From positions 1,728,001 to 1,792,000 of the forward strand of contig OZ244252.1 of NCBI GenBank assembly GCA_965217185.1: a DNA stretch of 64,000 bases. The letters run 5' to 3'. Positions 1 through 10,357 of this stretch are shown here, piece by piece. The notes below the pieces were generated by a model that searched no databases, was not told the origin of the DNA, and saw only the letters and a list, made by a program, of their open reading frames with translations. Position numbers and translations under genes: made by a program. Within the stretch, counting starts at the first letter, position 1, and each line of letters opens with the position of its first letter. Origin of the DNA: an uncultured Candidatus Entotheonella sp. (GTDB lineage: Bacteria; Tectomicrobia; Entotheonellia; Entotheonellales; Entotheonellaceae).

Positions 1-1376
1 CGCTCGACGACGTCAGCCTGCTCCTCAAAGCACCGGTCGAGCCAATCCTCAGCAGCGAACGCGAGATTGTCGGCGCCCTGAACCGTTTCTACGACACCGG
101 CTCACAGACTGCCGACAAGGTTATTCAGAACCTGGACGACGAGGCTCTGGGCCGTTTGGCGCACGACTTGGAAGGGCCGCAGGACATCCTCGATCACGAG
201 GCCGAGGCGCCCATCATCCAGCTCGTCAACCTGATTTTGTCGAAGGCGGTGCGGGACCGTGCCAGTGACATCCATATCGAGCCGTTCGAGCGAACGCTCA
301 AGGTCAGATACCGCATCGACGGCGTACTGCAGGAGGTGCTGTCGCCGCCCAAGGCGCTGCAGCCGCGCATCATCTCGCGTCTCAAGGTCATGGCCGACCT
401 GAACATCGCCGAAACACGGCTGCCGCAGGACGGCAGGATCGCCATCCGGGTGCGCAACCGCGAGATCGACATTCGCGTCTCGGTGGTGCCGACGGCATTC
501 GGCGAGCGTCTGGTGCTGCGCCTGCTGGACAAGTCGGGCGCCCTGTTCCAGCTTGAGGAGATCGGCTTGTCGCCGGAGTTGCTGCCGGCATACGGCCGCC
601 TGATACACCGTTCACACGGCATCATTCTGGTCACCGGCCCCACCGGCAGCGGCAAGAGCACGACACTTTACGCCACCTTGCAGCGCATTAACTCGCCGCA
701 GCTCAACATCATCACCGTCGAGGACCCGATCGAATACCAGATCAACGGCGTCGGGCAGATTCACGTCAATCCCAGGATCGACCTGACGTTCGCCAACGGC
801 CTGCGCTCCATTCTGCGACAGGACCCGGACGTCATCATGGTGGGCGAAATCCGCGACCGCGAGACGGCGGAAATCGCCATCCAGGCGTCGCTCACCGGGC
901 ATCTGGTGTTGAGCACGCTGCACACCAACGACGCCGCCAGCGCGGTGACACGGCTGCTGGACATGGGCATCGAGCCGTTTCTCATTTCCTCCTCGGTGCT
1001 GGCCATGATGGCGCAACGCCTGGTGCGCGTGCTGTGCCCCGAATGCCGCGAGCCGGGCAGGCCGGAACGCGAAACGCTGCGCGAGCTCGGCCTGGATCCC
1101 AACGACGCGGACTCTCCGCAAGGAGAATGGTTTCTCAGCCGCGGCTGCGACGGCTGCCGCGGCACCGGCTACCGCGGGCGCACCGGTATTTACGAGTTGA
1201 TGCCGGTCGATGACCCTATCCGCCGCATGATCATGCAGCAGGCCAACGCCAGCATGCTGCGCAGCGCCGCCATCGAGCGTGGCATGCGTCCACTGCTGCA
1301 CGACGGCGCACACAAGGTGCTGGCAGGCAGAACGACGGCGGAGGAAGTTTTGCGGGTGACGCAAGATAACGATTGA
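1..1376 (+). CDS. gspE: Type II secretion ATPase GspE (5'-truncated by the window edge)
   Basis: Frame open from base 3. ASDIHIEP, Walker A GPTGSGKST, TVEDPIEY, LRQDPDVIMVGEIRD, TGHLVLSTLHTN, CxxC..CxxC. Confidence 0.95.
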   Translation, partial: LDDVSLLLKAPVEPILSSEREIVGALNRFYDTGSQTADKVIQNLDDEALGRLAHDLEGPQDILDHEAEAPIIQLVNLILSKAVRDRASDIHIEPFERTLKVRYRIDGVLQEVLSPPKALQPRIISRLKVMADLNIAETRLPQDGRIAIRVRNREIDIRVSVVPTAFGERLVLRLLDKSGALFQLEEIGLSPELLPAYGRLIHRSHGIILVTGPTGSGKSTTLYATLQRINSPQLNIITVEDPIEYQINGVGQIHVNPRIDLTFANGLRSILRQDPDVIMVGEIRDRETAEIAIQASLTGHLVLSTLHTNDAASAVTRLLDMGIEPFLISSSVLAMMAQRLVRVLCPECREPGRPERETLRELGLDPNDADSPQGEWFLSRGCDGCRGTGYRGRTGIYELMPVDDPIRRMIMQQANASMLRSAAIERGMRPLLHDGAHKVLAGRTTAEEVLRVTQDND

Positions 1377-1384
1377 TCTCTTTA

Positions 1385-2674
1385 GGGCATCTCTAATAAT
1401 ACCCATCTCCCACGTGGTTTAGAATCACTGAAACACGTCAACCAACAAGGCCGGAGGAGTGCAACATGGCTCAGATGGGCTTTTTCGATATCGAGAATCG
1501 CTACGCCGCTCTGGACGCCAAAAACGATCCCCTGGTGAAGGTCAACGCTGCCGTTCCGTGGGAAGCGTTCCGCAGCCGCCTGGAGAGAGTCTGGCGCAAG
1601 CCAGCCGACAAGCGCAAGTCCAATGCGGGGTGCAAGCCGTGGGATGCCATCGTCATGTTCAAGGCCATCATTTTGTGCGCCCTCTACAATCTGTCGGACG
1701 ACCAGGTCGAGTATCAGATGCGTGACCGCCTGTCCTTCGTGCGCTTTCTGGGGCTGGCGCTTGAAGACAAGGTGCCCGACGCCAAGACGGTGTGGCTCTA
1801 CCGCGAACAGTTGTCACAGGCTGGCCTCATGGAGGCCTTGTTTGAGGATTTCGACGGCTATCTGGAAAGCCAGGGCTACCGGGCCATGGGCGGCCAGATC
1901 ATCGATGCTTCGATTGTCGCGGTTCCCATGCAACGCAATCGTCGTGACGACAATGAGCAGATCAAACGGGGTGAGACACCTGAGGCCTGGGCTGACAAGC
2001 CAGCCAAGCGTCGACAAAAGGACAGGGATGCGCGCTGGACGAAGAAGCACGGCAAGAGCCACTATGGCTACAAGAATCACGTCACCATCGACCGTCGGCA
2101 CAAGCTGATACGGCGTTACCGGGTGACGGATGCGGCGGTGCACGACAGCCAAGTGATTGAGGAGTTGCTTACGTCGGACAACACGGCAAGCGGTGTCTGG
2201 GCGGACAGCGCCTAGCGGTCGAAAGCCATTGAAGCGACGCTGAAGGCCAGGGGTTTGAGGAGTCGGATTCATCGCAAGGGCTATCGCAACCGTCCGTTGC
2301 GTGATTGGGAGAAAGCAGGCAACCAGAGCCGTTCACGGTTTCGGGTACGGGTAGAGCATGTCTTCGGGGCGCAGCAAAACGACATGGGCGGGACGTTGGT
2401 TCGCAGCATCGGGCTTGTACGGGCGCGAGGGCGCGGATAGGTCTTAAGAACCTTGCCTACAACATGCGTCGCCTGATTCAATTACAACGCCTTGCGAGCG
2501 CCAGTTGAGCGCCAACGGTGCGGAAGGGTGCACCGGAGGCCCTCATTGGAAGGCGAATCCTCCTTGCTGGGAGGCAGTCCCCCTGGACAGCCGAGTTCAT
2601 TTTCTCACCGACATGCCAGCGAATTGCCACTCTCGCCATCTATGACTATCCACGAGGCATTTTTCGAGATGCCC
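1385..2674 (+). mobile_element. IS5-family insertion sequence, copy 1
   Basis: IRs GGGCATCTCTAATAAT and (reverse complement) GGGCATCTCGAAAAAT match 14/16. TTTA is duplicated at 1381-1384 and 2675-2678. Confidence 0.92.
1466..2508 (+). pseudogene. IS5 transposase, inactivated
   Basis: IS5 motifs IIDASIV, YGYKNH, VHDS, WADSA. TAG at 2213-2215 where copy 2 has TAC, plus a frameshift near 2425. Confidence 0.88.
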
Positions 2675-2694
2675 TTTAGACTGGAGAATTTTCG

Positions 2695-2895
2695 ATGATT
2701 CGTGCCATTGAAGCCGTTGTCGACGAGGATGGACGTGTGCAGTTGGCGGAACCCGTCGAAATAAAAGGATTGCATCGCGCGCTCGTCATTATTCTGGAAG
2801 AACGACCCATGGAAACAGCGATGCTTTCTGAACAGAGTCTGGCCGTCGATTGGTTGCGCTCAGAGGAAGATGAGGCATGGTCGCACCTGCAGTAG
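2695..2895 (+). CDS. Small antitoxin-like protein
   Basis: 66 aa with acidic C-terminus LSEQSLAVDWLRSEEDEAWSHL. Overlaps the PemK toxin start; GGAG RBS. Confidence 0.75.
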   Translation: MIRAIEAVVDEDGRVQLAEPVEIKGLHRALVIILEERPMETAMLSEQSLAVDWLRSEEDEAWSHLQ

Positions 2896-3212
2896 GCGGT
2901 GTTGTTTTGATTCCCTTTCCCTTCTCGGACCTTTCAGCCTCAAAACTTCGCCCTGCGTTAGTCGTGGCCGCATCCGGAAGCGGCGATTGGATTTGCGCCC
3001 AGGTCACAAGCAATCCGTACTCAGACGGCAAAGCGATTGAAATTAACGATACCAATTTCCGAACTGGGTCCCTACATCGGGTCAGCTATATCCGTCCCGG
3101 CAAATTGTTTACCGCGAACGAGGTGATTTTTCGCAGACTTGTCGGAATTTTGCACGACCGCAAGCTGAACAAAGTCCGCTCCGAAATTGTTCGCCTCATT
3201 CAAGGGGATTGA
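2877..3212 (+). CDS. PemK/MazF family toxin
   Basis: VVLIPFPFSDLSASKLRPALVV and ICAQVTS motifs; 111 aa. Confidence 0.88.
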   Translation: MVAPAVGGVVLIPFPFSDLSASKLRPALVVAASGSGDWICAQVTSNPYSDGKAIEINDTNFRTGSLHRVSYIRPGKLFTANEVIFRRLVGILHDRKLNKVRSEIVRLIQGD

Positions 3213-3277
3213 CGGTCCTTTTGAGCTTTCAACTGCTGATCGGACGACTAAAGGCAACTTCCACGGGGTAATCGGTC

Positions 3278-4504
3278 ATGCCGGTTTACACATACAGCGC
3301 GCTGAACGAACGCGGCAAGGTGACTAAGGGGGTCATCAATGCCGACAGCCCCCGAGCGGCGCGCGGCAAGCTGCGGCAGGCGGGGCTGTTCGCCACCGAT
3401 ATTCTGGAGACGGTTGAGGCCGAGGCTCACGGCGGCGGGCGCAACCTGTCGGGCTTCCCGCTGCTGCAACGGGTGCGGCCGCAGGACCTGACGGTGATGA
3501 CGCGCCAGTTCGCCACCCTGATGGCGGCCAACCTGACCGTGGTCGATGCTCTGACGGCGTTGATCGAGCAAACGGAAAGCCGGCAGTTGCAGAAGACGCT
3601 CATTCAAGTGCGTGAAAGCGTCAACGAGGGCAGTGGCTTGGCGGCAGCGCTGCAGCAGCACCCGAGAGTTTTTTCGAGTCTGTTTGTCAACATGGCGCGC
3701 GCCGGCGAAACCAGCGGTACCCTGTCGGTGGTTATGCTGTGGCTGGCGGATTTGACCGAGCGGCAACTCGACACCCGCAACCAAGTCACCGCCAAGATGT
3801 ACTATCCCCTCTTCATGCTGGTCATCGCCGGCTTGGTTCTGCTGGCACTGCTTACCTACGTCGTGCCCACCGTGACCACGATTTTCAGCCACATGAGCGC
3901 CACCCTGCCGCTGCCGACGCGTATCCTCATCGCGGTCAGCGACTTCCTGAAGGCGTATTGGTGGATCATGGGCTTGGCCGCTTTCGGCGTCTTCCTGGGC
4001 GTGGAACGGTACCGCCGCACCGCGCGCGGCGCACGGCGATTTGACCTCTGGAAGATACGGGCGCCGCTCGTCGGCAAGCTGGCCCTGCGCATGGCCATGT
4101 CACGCTTCACGCGCACCCTGGGCATGCTGCTGCACAGCGACATCCCGCTACTGGATTCCTTGGAGATCGCCCGTGCCGTGGTCAACAACACGGTGCTGTC
4201 CGACGCCATCCGGCATGCCCAGGAGGAAATCCGCGAGGGCGCCACGATCGCCGCCCCGTTGCAAGCCAGTGGTTATTTCCCGCCGTTGGTGTCGCACATG
4301 ATATCGGTCGGCGAGAAGACCGGGCGACTCGAGGAGATGCTGATGCGGGTCGCCGACAATTACGACAACGAGGTGCGTTCGAGCGTCGAAGGGCTGACCT
4401 CGCTAGTGGAACCGGTCATCATCGTACTCATGGCGGTTGTGGTGTTCGGCATCATGCTGGCGGTGTTGCTTCCTATTTTCGAACTCAATACGACGATCCG
4501 CTGA
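3278..4504 (+). CDS. gspF: Type II secretion inner-membrane platform protein GspF
   Basis: TRQFATLM, AGETSGTL, YP, VGEKTGRLEEML, SLVEP; three TM segments. Confidence 0.95.
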   Translation: MPVYTYSALNERGKVTKGVINADSPRAARGKLRQAGLFATDILETVEAEAHGGGRNLSGFPLLQRVRPQDLTVMTRQFATLMAANLTVVDALTALIEQTESRQLQKTLIQVRESVNEGSGLAAALQQHPRVFSSLFVNMARAGETSGTLSVVMLWLADLTERQLDTRNQVTAKMYYPLFMLVIAGLVLLALLTYVVPTVTTIFSHMSATLPLPTRILIAVSDFLKAYWWIMGLAAFGVFLGVERYRRTARGARRFDLWKIRAPLVGKLALRMAMSRFTRTLGMLLHSDIPLLDSLEIARAVVNNTVLSDAIRHAQEEIREGATIAAPLQASGYFPPLVSHMISVGEKTGRLEEMLMRVADNYDNEVRSSVEGLTSLVEPVIIVLMAVVVFGIMLAVLLPIFELNTTIR

Positions 4505-4536
4505 TCTGCGCGGCAACTTGGCGAAGGCAAACGCTC

Positions 4537-6033
4537 ATGCCACAACAGGTGCTCGGCATTGCGCTTGAGGACAACCACATTACGGCGGTACGGCTGACGG
4601 GACACAGCAGGGCGTACGAAGTCACGCTGGCGTTGCGCCAGCCCTTGCCGGTGCACGACGACCCGGAGGAGCAGGCCAGGCTGCAGCGCGAGACGATGCG
4701 ACAAGTGGTGGAGGCCCACGGCCTGCGAGGCAACACGGTGTTGGCGTCACTGCCGGCGCACCACGCCATTCTGCGCAACCTGACGCTGCCGTTCCGCGAC
4801 CTGCGCCGCATTCGGCAGATGATTACCTTCGCGCTGGACGAACACATGCCCTTCGAGCCAGAGGACGTGGTGGTGGATTTTCGCCCACTGCCCATACAGC
4901 AAGTTCCGCAGCAGACGCAGGTGCTGGTCGCCGGGATGCCCAAGCGGGAAATCGTTGGCGATCTGGCGCTATTCAGGAGCGCCGGTCTGGAGCCCAGCGT
5001 GCTCGACCTCGATGTGTTCAGTCTGGCCAGCGCCGCCGTGCTGGGCAGCAACGGCGTGCCGGGCAAGACCGCCCTCCTTTACATACATCCGGAGCGAACG
5101 CTGCTGACCCTGCTGCACGACGGCGCCCCGCTGTTTGCGCGCAGCTTGGCTCAGGGCATGCCGACGGACAGCGGTGATTTACCGGACGCGCAGAAGCTGG
5201 GCAAGCAATTGCAGCATACGCTGTACGCCTGCGAACATGCGGTGCAAGTGGCCTATGAGCCGGACCTGTTGCTGCTGTTCGGCGCCGACCGTGATCAATT
5301 GGCACACCTGGCTGTGGGGCTAAGCGAAGCGACCGGCCTGCAGACGCACGTGTGGCGGCTTGAGGCACCGGGCTACAAACCGGCCAACGGCGGTAGCGCG
5401 TCACCTGATCCGGGGCTGGCGGGGCATGCCATTGCGCTTGGCGCGGCGTTGCGCGGCCTGCACCGCCAAGTTGGGGGGCTGAATTTGCGCCGCGGGGAGT
5501 TCGCGCCGCACAGCAACCTGCGCGAACTGCGCGGTAAGCTCATTGCCTTGGGTGTTCTGGCGGTCGCCGTTGGCGGTCTGGGATTGGGCAACCTGTACTT
5601 GCAGAATCATTACAAGGCCCGGCGTCTGGCGCAGTTGCAAGACAGTATCGCCAAGGGTTTCAGCGACGCGCTGCCGAACACACGTATGGTGCAACCGGTG
5701 GCGCAGATGCGTGAGAAAACGCGCGACCTCGACAAGCGCCTGCGAGCCTTCGGCGGCTTGACGGGGGCGCAGCTTTCCGGGCTTCAGACCTTGCGTGAGC
5801 TAAGCGCCCGAGTGCCGGCGTCGCTGGGGGTCGAGGTCGACAACCTGAACATCAGCGGCGACGTGATCGAGTTGAGTGCCAGCACGGCGTCCTACGACAA
5901 TGTGGTCAAGCTGCAGAGCGCCTTTGCCGCCTCGCCCCTCCTGAGTGACGTCACGATCAACAACACCCGGCAAGGGGTAAACAATACGGTGCAATTCAAG
6001 CTCAGCCTGCGCGCGTCGAGTGGCCTGGAATGA
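4537..6033 (+). CDS. gspL: T2SS GspL / PilM-PilN-like protein
   Basis: Actin-like N-domain (LTLPF..MPF), NLRRGEF before a single TM, then a periplasmic domain; lies between gspF and gspM. Confidence 0.75.
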   Translation: MPQQVLGIALEDNHITAVRLTGHSRAYEVTLALRQPLPVHDDPEEQARLQRETMRQVVEAHGLRGNTVLASLPAHHAILRNLTLPFRDLRRIRQMITFALDEHMPFEPEDVVVDFRPLPIQQVPQQTQVLVAGMPKREIVGDLALFRSAGLEPSVLDLDVFSLASAAVLGSNGVPGKTALLYIHPERTLLTLLHDGAPLFARSLAQGMPTDSGDLPDAQKLGKQLQHTLYACEHAVQVAYEPDLLLLFGADRDQLAHLAVGLSEATGLQTHVWRLEAPGYKPANGGSASPDPGLAGHAIALGAALRGLHRQVGGLNLRRGEFAPHSNLRELRGKLIALGVLAVAVGGLGLGNLYLQNHYKARRLAQLQDSIAKGFSDALPNTRMVQPVAQMREKTRDLDKRLRAFGGLTGAQLSGLQTLRELSARVPASLGVEVDNLNISGDVIELSASTASYDNVVKLQSAFAASPLLSDVTINNTRQGVNNTVQFKLSLRASSGLE

Positions 6034-6584
6034 ACCTCATGAGCTACTTTCACATGCTGCAGCGGCGCGAACAGATTTTCGTGGTCGGCGCGGGTATTCT
6101 GGTGCTGGTGGTAGTGCTGTTCGCCTTCGTCATTGATCCCATCCTGGCGCGCGCCGCCAACTTGGACCGCCGGCTCGCTGCCGCCAGCCGCCAACTCGCA
6201 GAGTTGCAGACTCTACGCGGCGATTACCGGCGCCAGAAACGGATTATTGACCGCATCGACGCGCAGTTGGGGCGGCAGAGGAAGAATTTCGCCATTTTTT
6301 CGCATCTGGAGCAGGTGGCCGGGCAAACCGGCATCCAGGACAAAATTCAATCCATGAACACGGTTGCGAGCCCACCCAACACCGTCTACCAGGAAGACTC
6401 GGTAGAGGTCAGAATGGAGGGTGTCACCCTCACGCAGCTCACCCAGTACCTCCACCAAGTGGCAAGGTCGCCGCAGGTGCTGAAGATCAAACGCCTGCAG
6501 GTCAAACCAACACGCGACAACCGGCAACTGCTTTCGGTGCGGTTCCGCGTCTCGGTGTTCAGTCTCGTGGAGTCCACCGGGTAG
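6030..6584 (+). CDS. gspM: T2SS GspM
   Basis: LQRREQ + N-terminal TM + coiled coil + ferredoxin-like C-domain; ATGA overlap with gspL. Confidence 0.8.
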   Translation: MNLMSYFHMLQRREQIFVVGAGILVLVVVLFAFVIDPILARAANLDRRLAAASRQLAELQTLRGDYRRQKRIIDRIDAQLGRQRKNFAIFSHLEQVAGQTGIQDKIQSMNTVASPPNTVYQEDSVEVRMEGVTLTQLTQYLHQVARSPQVLKIKRLQVKPTRDNRQLLSVRFRVSVFSLVESTG

Positions 6585-6600
6585 GGCCGCCTGGCGGCGT

Positions 6601-6630
6601 TGAATTTGGCGGATTACTACCGGTATAATG
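6601..6630 (+). promoter_or_regulatory. Putative sigma70 promoter of the DUF1800 operon
   Basis: TTGAAT-N18-TATAAT (approximate bounds). Confidence 0.5.
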
Positions 6631-6730
6631 CCCGCCACTGTCTAACCGGCTTCAGTTGACGGGTTTCACCCCCTCTCAATCATCCAAGCTCCGAGCCATC
6701 GTCGGACCCTGAACGGAGGTAGGTCGCAAG

Positions 6731-8134
6731 ATGAAATCTGTTCGTACATTGGTAGCCCATCTGATGCGGCGCGCCGGATTCGGCGCCACGCCGGCCGAAA
6801 TCGATGTCCTAACCCGAGACAAGACTTACGAAGAAATCGTTGACGATCTCATCCATCCCGAGCGTTTTCCCACCATCGACATGTCATTCGTGGATCGCTA
6901 CTACGGCGGCGAGTTGGTTGCCATCCACGTTGGCAAGTGGCTGTACCGCATGGTCAACACGCAGCGGCCTTTGGAAGAAAAGATGGCGCTGTTCCTGCAC
7001 CACATCTTTCCCGTTGCCTGGGGCAAGAGCGAGCACGGGCCCTCCATCTACCGGCAGATCGGCATGTTCCGCAGCGTCGCCATGACGGACATGCGGACCA
7101 TTCTGCTGGAGCTTTCGCGCGACCCCGCCATGATCTTCTGGCTCGACAACAACGAAAACCACAAGAACGAAATCAACGAGAACTACGGCAGGGAACTGCT
7201 GGAACTGTTCTCCATGGGCGTTGGCAATTACACCGAGGACGACATCAAGAACGCCTCGCGCGCCTTCACCGGCTGGACCTTCCGGCAGCCACTGTCGCTG
7301 TACCCGGTTGGCCACTACCCCGCCGAGTTCGAATTCGTCCCAGAAGACCACGACGACGGCCCGAAAACGTTCCTTGGCGAGACCGGGAACTTCAACGGCA
7401 ACGACATCATCGACATCATCGTCAGGCAGCCTGCCGCGGCACGATTCATTTGCCGACACCTCTACAACTTCTTCGTCGAAGACGAGGTGCAGGTACCGTC
7501 TTGGGCGACGGTGCCGGCCAAGAACGAGGCGGCCATCGAGCACCTGACGGGCATTTTCATGGATACCCATGGCGACATGCGCGCCATCCTCGGAGCGCTG
7601 TTCAACGCCGACTATTTCAAGCAGGCCATCGACTTGAGGAAGGTGAAAAGCCCGACCGAGCTGGTGGCGGGTGTGCTGAAACAGACGGGCGAATTTCAAT
7701 CGCCGATACCCGGCTTGCACGAATTCGCGGTCACGACGCTGAACGGCTCGCTTTACGAGGGCACCATGGCGATCATGGGTCAGCGGCTGCTCAATCCGCC
7801 GACCGTGGAGGGCTGGCATACGGGGCACGAGTGGATCGACTCCGGCACCCTGAGCGAGAGAATCGGGTTCGTTGAACGGCAGTTCGCCGACCGCTCCAAG
7901 CCGGGCGTCCAGGAAATCGTCGCGCGCGCCGGCAGCCTGGACGGCGAACCCGCTCAGGTGGTCGACCGCTGCCTCGATCTGCTAGGCGGAGTCAAGGTCA
8001 GCGATAAGACCTACGAGGCCCTGACGACCTACACAAGGGAGCTCAAGAGCTTGGAAGACAGCGGCCAGGACAATGCCGGCGTCCACAATCTGCTGCAGAT
8101 GGCGGCATCCACCGTTGACTATCAGTTCGCCTGA
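6731..8134 (+). CDS. DUF1800 family protein
   Basis: HLMRRAGFG, PLEEKMALF, DPAMIFWLDN, NENYGRELLELFSMG, RAFTGW, KSPTE, PPTVEGW. Confidence 0.9.
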   Translation: MKSVRTLVAHLMRRAGFGATPAEIDVLTRDKTYEEIVDDLIHPERFPTIDMSFVDRYYGGELVAIHVGKWLYRMVNTQRPLEEKMALFLHHIFPVAWGKSEHGPSIYRQIGMFRSVAMTDMRTILLELSRDPAMIFWLDNNENHKNEINENYGRELLELFSMGVGNYTEDDIKNASRAFTGWTFRQPLSLYPVGHYPAEFEFVPEDHDDGPKTFLGETGNFNGNDIIDIIVRQPAAARFICRHLYNFFVEDEVQVPSWATVPAKNEAAIEHLTGIFMDTHGDMRAILGALFNADYFKQAIDLRKVKSPTELVAGVLKQTGEFQSPIPGLHEFAVTTLNGSLYEGTMAIMGQRLLNPPTVEGWHTGHEWIDSGTLSERIGFVERQFADRSKPGVQEIVARAGSLDGEPAQVVDRCLDLLGGVKVSDKTYEALTTYTRELKSLEDSGQDNAGVHNLLQMAASTVDYQFA

Positions 8135-8151
8135 TGAGGAAAGGGAGAGAC

Positions 8152-9291
8152 ATGAGCGCGAATAAAGCCGAAAACACGTTGGTCGTCGTGCAGTTGACCG
8201 GCGGCAACGACTTCATGAACACCTTGGTGCCGTACACCAACGAGCACTACTACGACACCCGCAAGAAGGTCGTCATTCAGCCCGATCAGGTGTTGCCGAT
8301 CAACGACACACTGGGAATCAACACCCACGCGGCGCCGCTGAAGCGGCTCTATGACGAAGGCAAGATGGCGATCGTCCAGGGCATCGGCTACCCGAACTCG
8401 AACCGCTCGCACTTTCGCGGCATGGACATCTGGCACACCTGCGAGCCCGACAGAGTGGGCAACGAAGGCTGGGTCGGGCTGGCGGTTCGGGAATTGGACC
8501 CACAGGCTGACAACGTGCTGACCGGCGTCAACGTCGGCATGGGTCTGCCGCGCGCCATGGCCGTCACCGGCGTGCCGGTCACCTCGGTCGGCGACCTGGA
8601 AGGCTACGGCGTCATGAACCGGCTGGAAAAGGAAGCGCTGCGCGGCAAGGCTCTGGCGGCGTTCAAGAACATCTACGACCAAGCCATCGGCACCGGCCCG
8701 GTGTCGGAATACATCGGCAAGACAGGCATTGATATCCTCAAGGGCGCCGACCTGCTGGCCGACGTGGCCGCCAAGTATGAATCCACGGTCGAGTATGCCG
8801 ACAACGTCATCGCCAAGAATTTCCGCGACGTGGCCCGCATCCATCTGGCCGGCCTCGGCACTCGGATTTTCTACACCGCGCACGGCGGCTACGATACGCA
8901 CGCCAACGAGATGCCGACGCATCCCAAGCTGCTGCAAGATCTCTCCGGTGCTATCGCGGACTTCTTCGATGACCTGGAAGAGCACGACGCCGCAGACGAC
9001 GTCACCATGCTGGTGTTCACGGAATTCGGCCGTCGCATGCGCGACAACGGCAGCGGCACCGATCACGGCTCCGGCGGCGGCGCCTTCCTGTTTGGCAACC
9101 AAGTGAACGGCGGGCTGTACGCGGAATACCCGTCGCTCGATCCCGCCGATTGGGAACACAGCGAGGACCTGAAGCACACGATCGATTTTCGCGGCGTTTA
9201 CGGGACGGTGCTTGAACAATGGATGGGCGTCGAGGCCAAGCCGATCGTCAAGGGCACGTTCGAGCAACTGACGCCATTCAAAGCTTGCTAG
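8152..9291 (+). CDS. DUF1501 family protein
   Basis: LVVVQLTGGND..NT.VP, NRSHF, GGYDTH, TEFGRR, GTDHGSG, DFR.VY. Confidence 0.9.
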   Translation: MSANKAENTLVVVQLTGGNDFMNTLVPYTNEHYYDTRKKVVIQPDQVLPINDTLGINTHAAPLKRLYDEGKMAIVQGIGYPNSNRSHFRGMDIWHTCEPDRVGNEGWVGLAVRELDPQADNVLTGVNVGMGLPRAMAVTGVPVTSVGDLEGYGVMNRLEKEALRGKALAAFKNIYDQAIGTGPVSEYIGKTGIDILKGADLLADVAAKYESTVEYADNVIAKNFRDVARIHLAGLGTRIFYTAHGGYDTHANEMPTHPKLLQDLSGAIADFFDDLEEHDAADDVTMLVFTEFGRRMRDNGSGTDHGSGGGAFLFGNQVNGGLYAEYPSLDPADWEHSEDLKHTIDFRGVYGTVLEQWMGVEAKPIVKGTFEQLTPFKAC

Positions 9292-9323
9292 CCCAAGCGG
9301 GCGGACAGCAGGGAGAGCGACTT

Positions 9324-10349
9324 ATGACACGCCCACATGGATTACTGAGAGCGGGGTATCCGTATCTGAAGACCCTCGGCATGCGCCGTATCACCAATTT
9401 CCCGACGGACATCGCCTTCGGGGACGACACGGCCTACATTTTGTGCCGCTCGGAGGGGGTGACGCTGATTCGTGTCTGGCCCATGGAGGACATGGAACAA
9501 CAGACCGACGACCTGAAGCAGATCGGCGGCTACGGGTCCGGTGACGGGCAATTCATCTGGCCCGTACAGGTCATCACCAACGGCAATGGCGACCTCTACG
9601 TCAGCGATGAAGCAACCCACCGCATCACACGGTTCGCCCGGGACGGCGACTTCCTGGGCAAATGGGGCACCGAAGGCACCGGCAAGGGTGGGTTGAACGG
9701 GCCGACCGGCATCGCCTTCGACGGCGACGGCAACATGGTCGTGGTCGATTCCCGCAACCACCGCGTGCAAAGGTTCACCACCGATGGCAAGTACCTGGAC
9801 GGCTTCGGCTCACACGGATCGGAGCCGGGACAGTTCAACCTGCCGTGGGGCATACACGTGGACGAGCTTGGCGACATCTACGTGGCCGACTGGGGCAACA
9901 ACCGCTACCAGGTGTTTTCCGGCAGCGGTGAGTTCAAGCAAACCGTCGGCAAATCGGGCAGCGATGAGGGCGAATTCGACCGCCCGACGGGCATCGCGGT
10001 CGATACCCACGGTGACATTTACGTAGCCGACTGGGGCAACAACCGCGTGCAGATGTTCAACGCCGAGGGGCATTACGTGTGGAGCTTCCATGGCAACGCT
10101 TCGCTGTCCCGCGTGGCCCGCAGCTACATGCTGACCAACGCAGTCTCCAATCGCCTGCGGGAGGCCGGCAAGCTGGAGCAGGAGCAGTACCTGAGGCACC
10201 CGCGCTCGGTGCGCATCGACGACGAGTTCCGGCTGTTCATCGCCGATTACGAATCCTACCGCATCCAGATCTACCAGAAAGACGCCATCCCCTTGGACGA
10301 AACGCAGTTTGCCGCTCCACTGCGCAATCCCACCCTTGAAGTTACGTAG
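9324..10349 (+). CDS. NHL-repeat beta-propeller protein
   Basis: Repeated GxF.xPxGIAxDxxGxIYVADWGNNRVQxF units; GGAG RBS. Confidence 0.9.
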   Translation: MTRPHGLLRAGYPYLKTLGMRRITNFPTDIAFGDDTAYILCRSEGVTLIRVWPMEDMEQQTDDLKQIGGYGSGDGQFIWPVQVITNGNGDLYVSDEATHRITRFARDGDFLGKWGTEGTGKGGLNGPTGIAFDGDGNMVVVDSRNHRVQRFTTDGKYLDGFGSHGSEPGQFNLPWGIHVDELGDIYVADWGNNRYQVFSGSGEFKQTVGKSGSDEGEFDRPTGIAVDTHGDIYVADWGNNRVQMFNAEGHYVWSFHGNASLSRVARSYMLTNAVSNRLREAGKLEQEQYLRHPRSVRIDDEFRLFIADYESYRIQIYQKDAIPLDETQFAAPLRNPTLEVT

Positions 10350-10357
10350 GGCCTTGC

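Noticed and set aside
2213..2215. In-frame TAG in the IS5 transposase as pyrrolysine or readthrough
   Set aside because: The sister copy has TAC and a second lesion follows, so it is a simple nonsense mutation.
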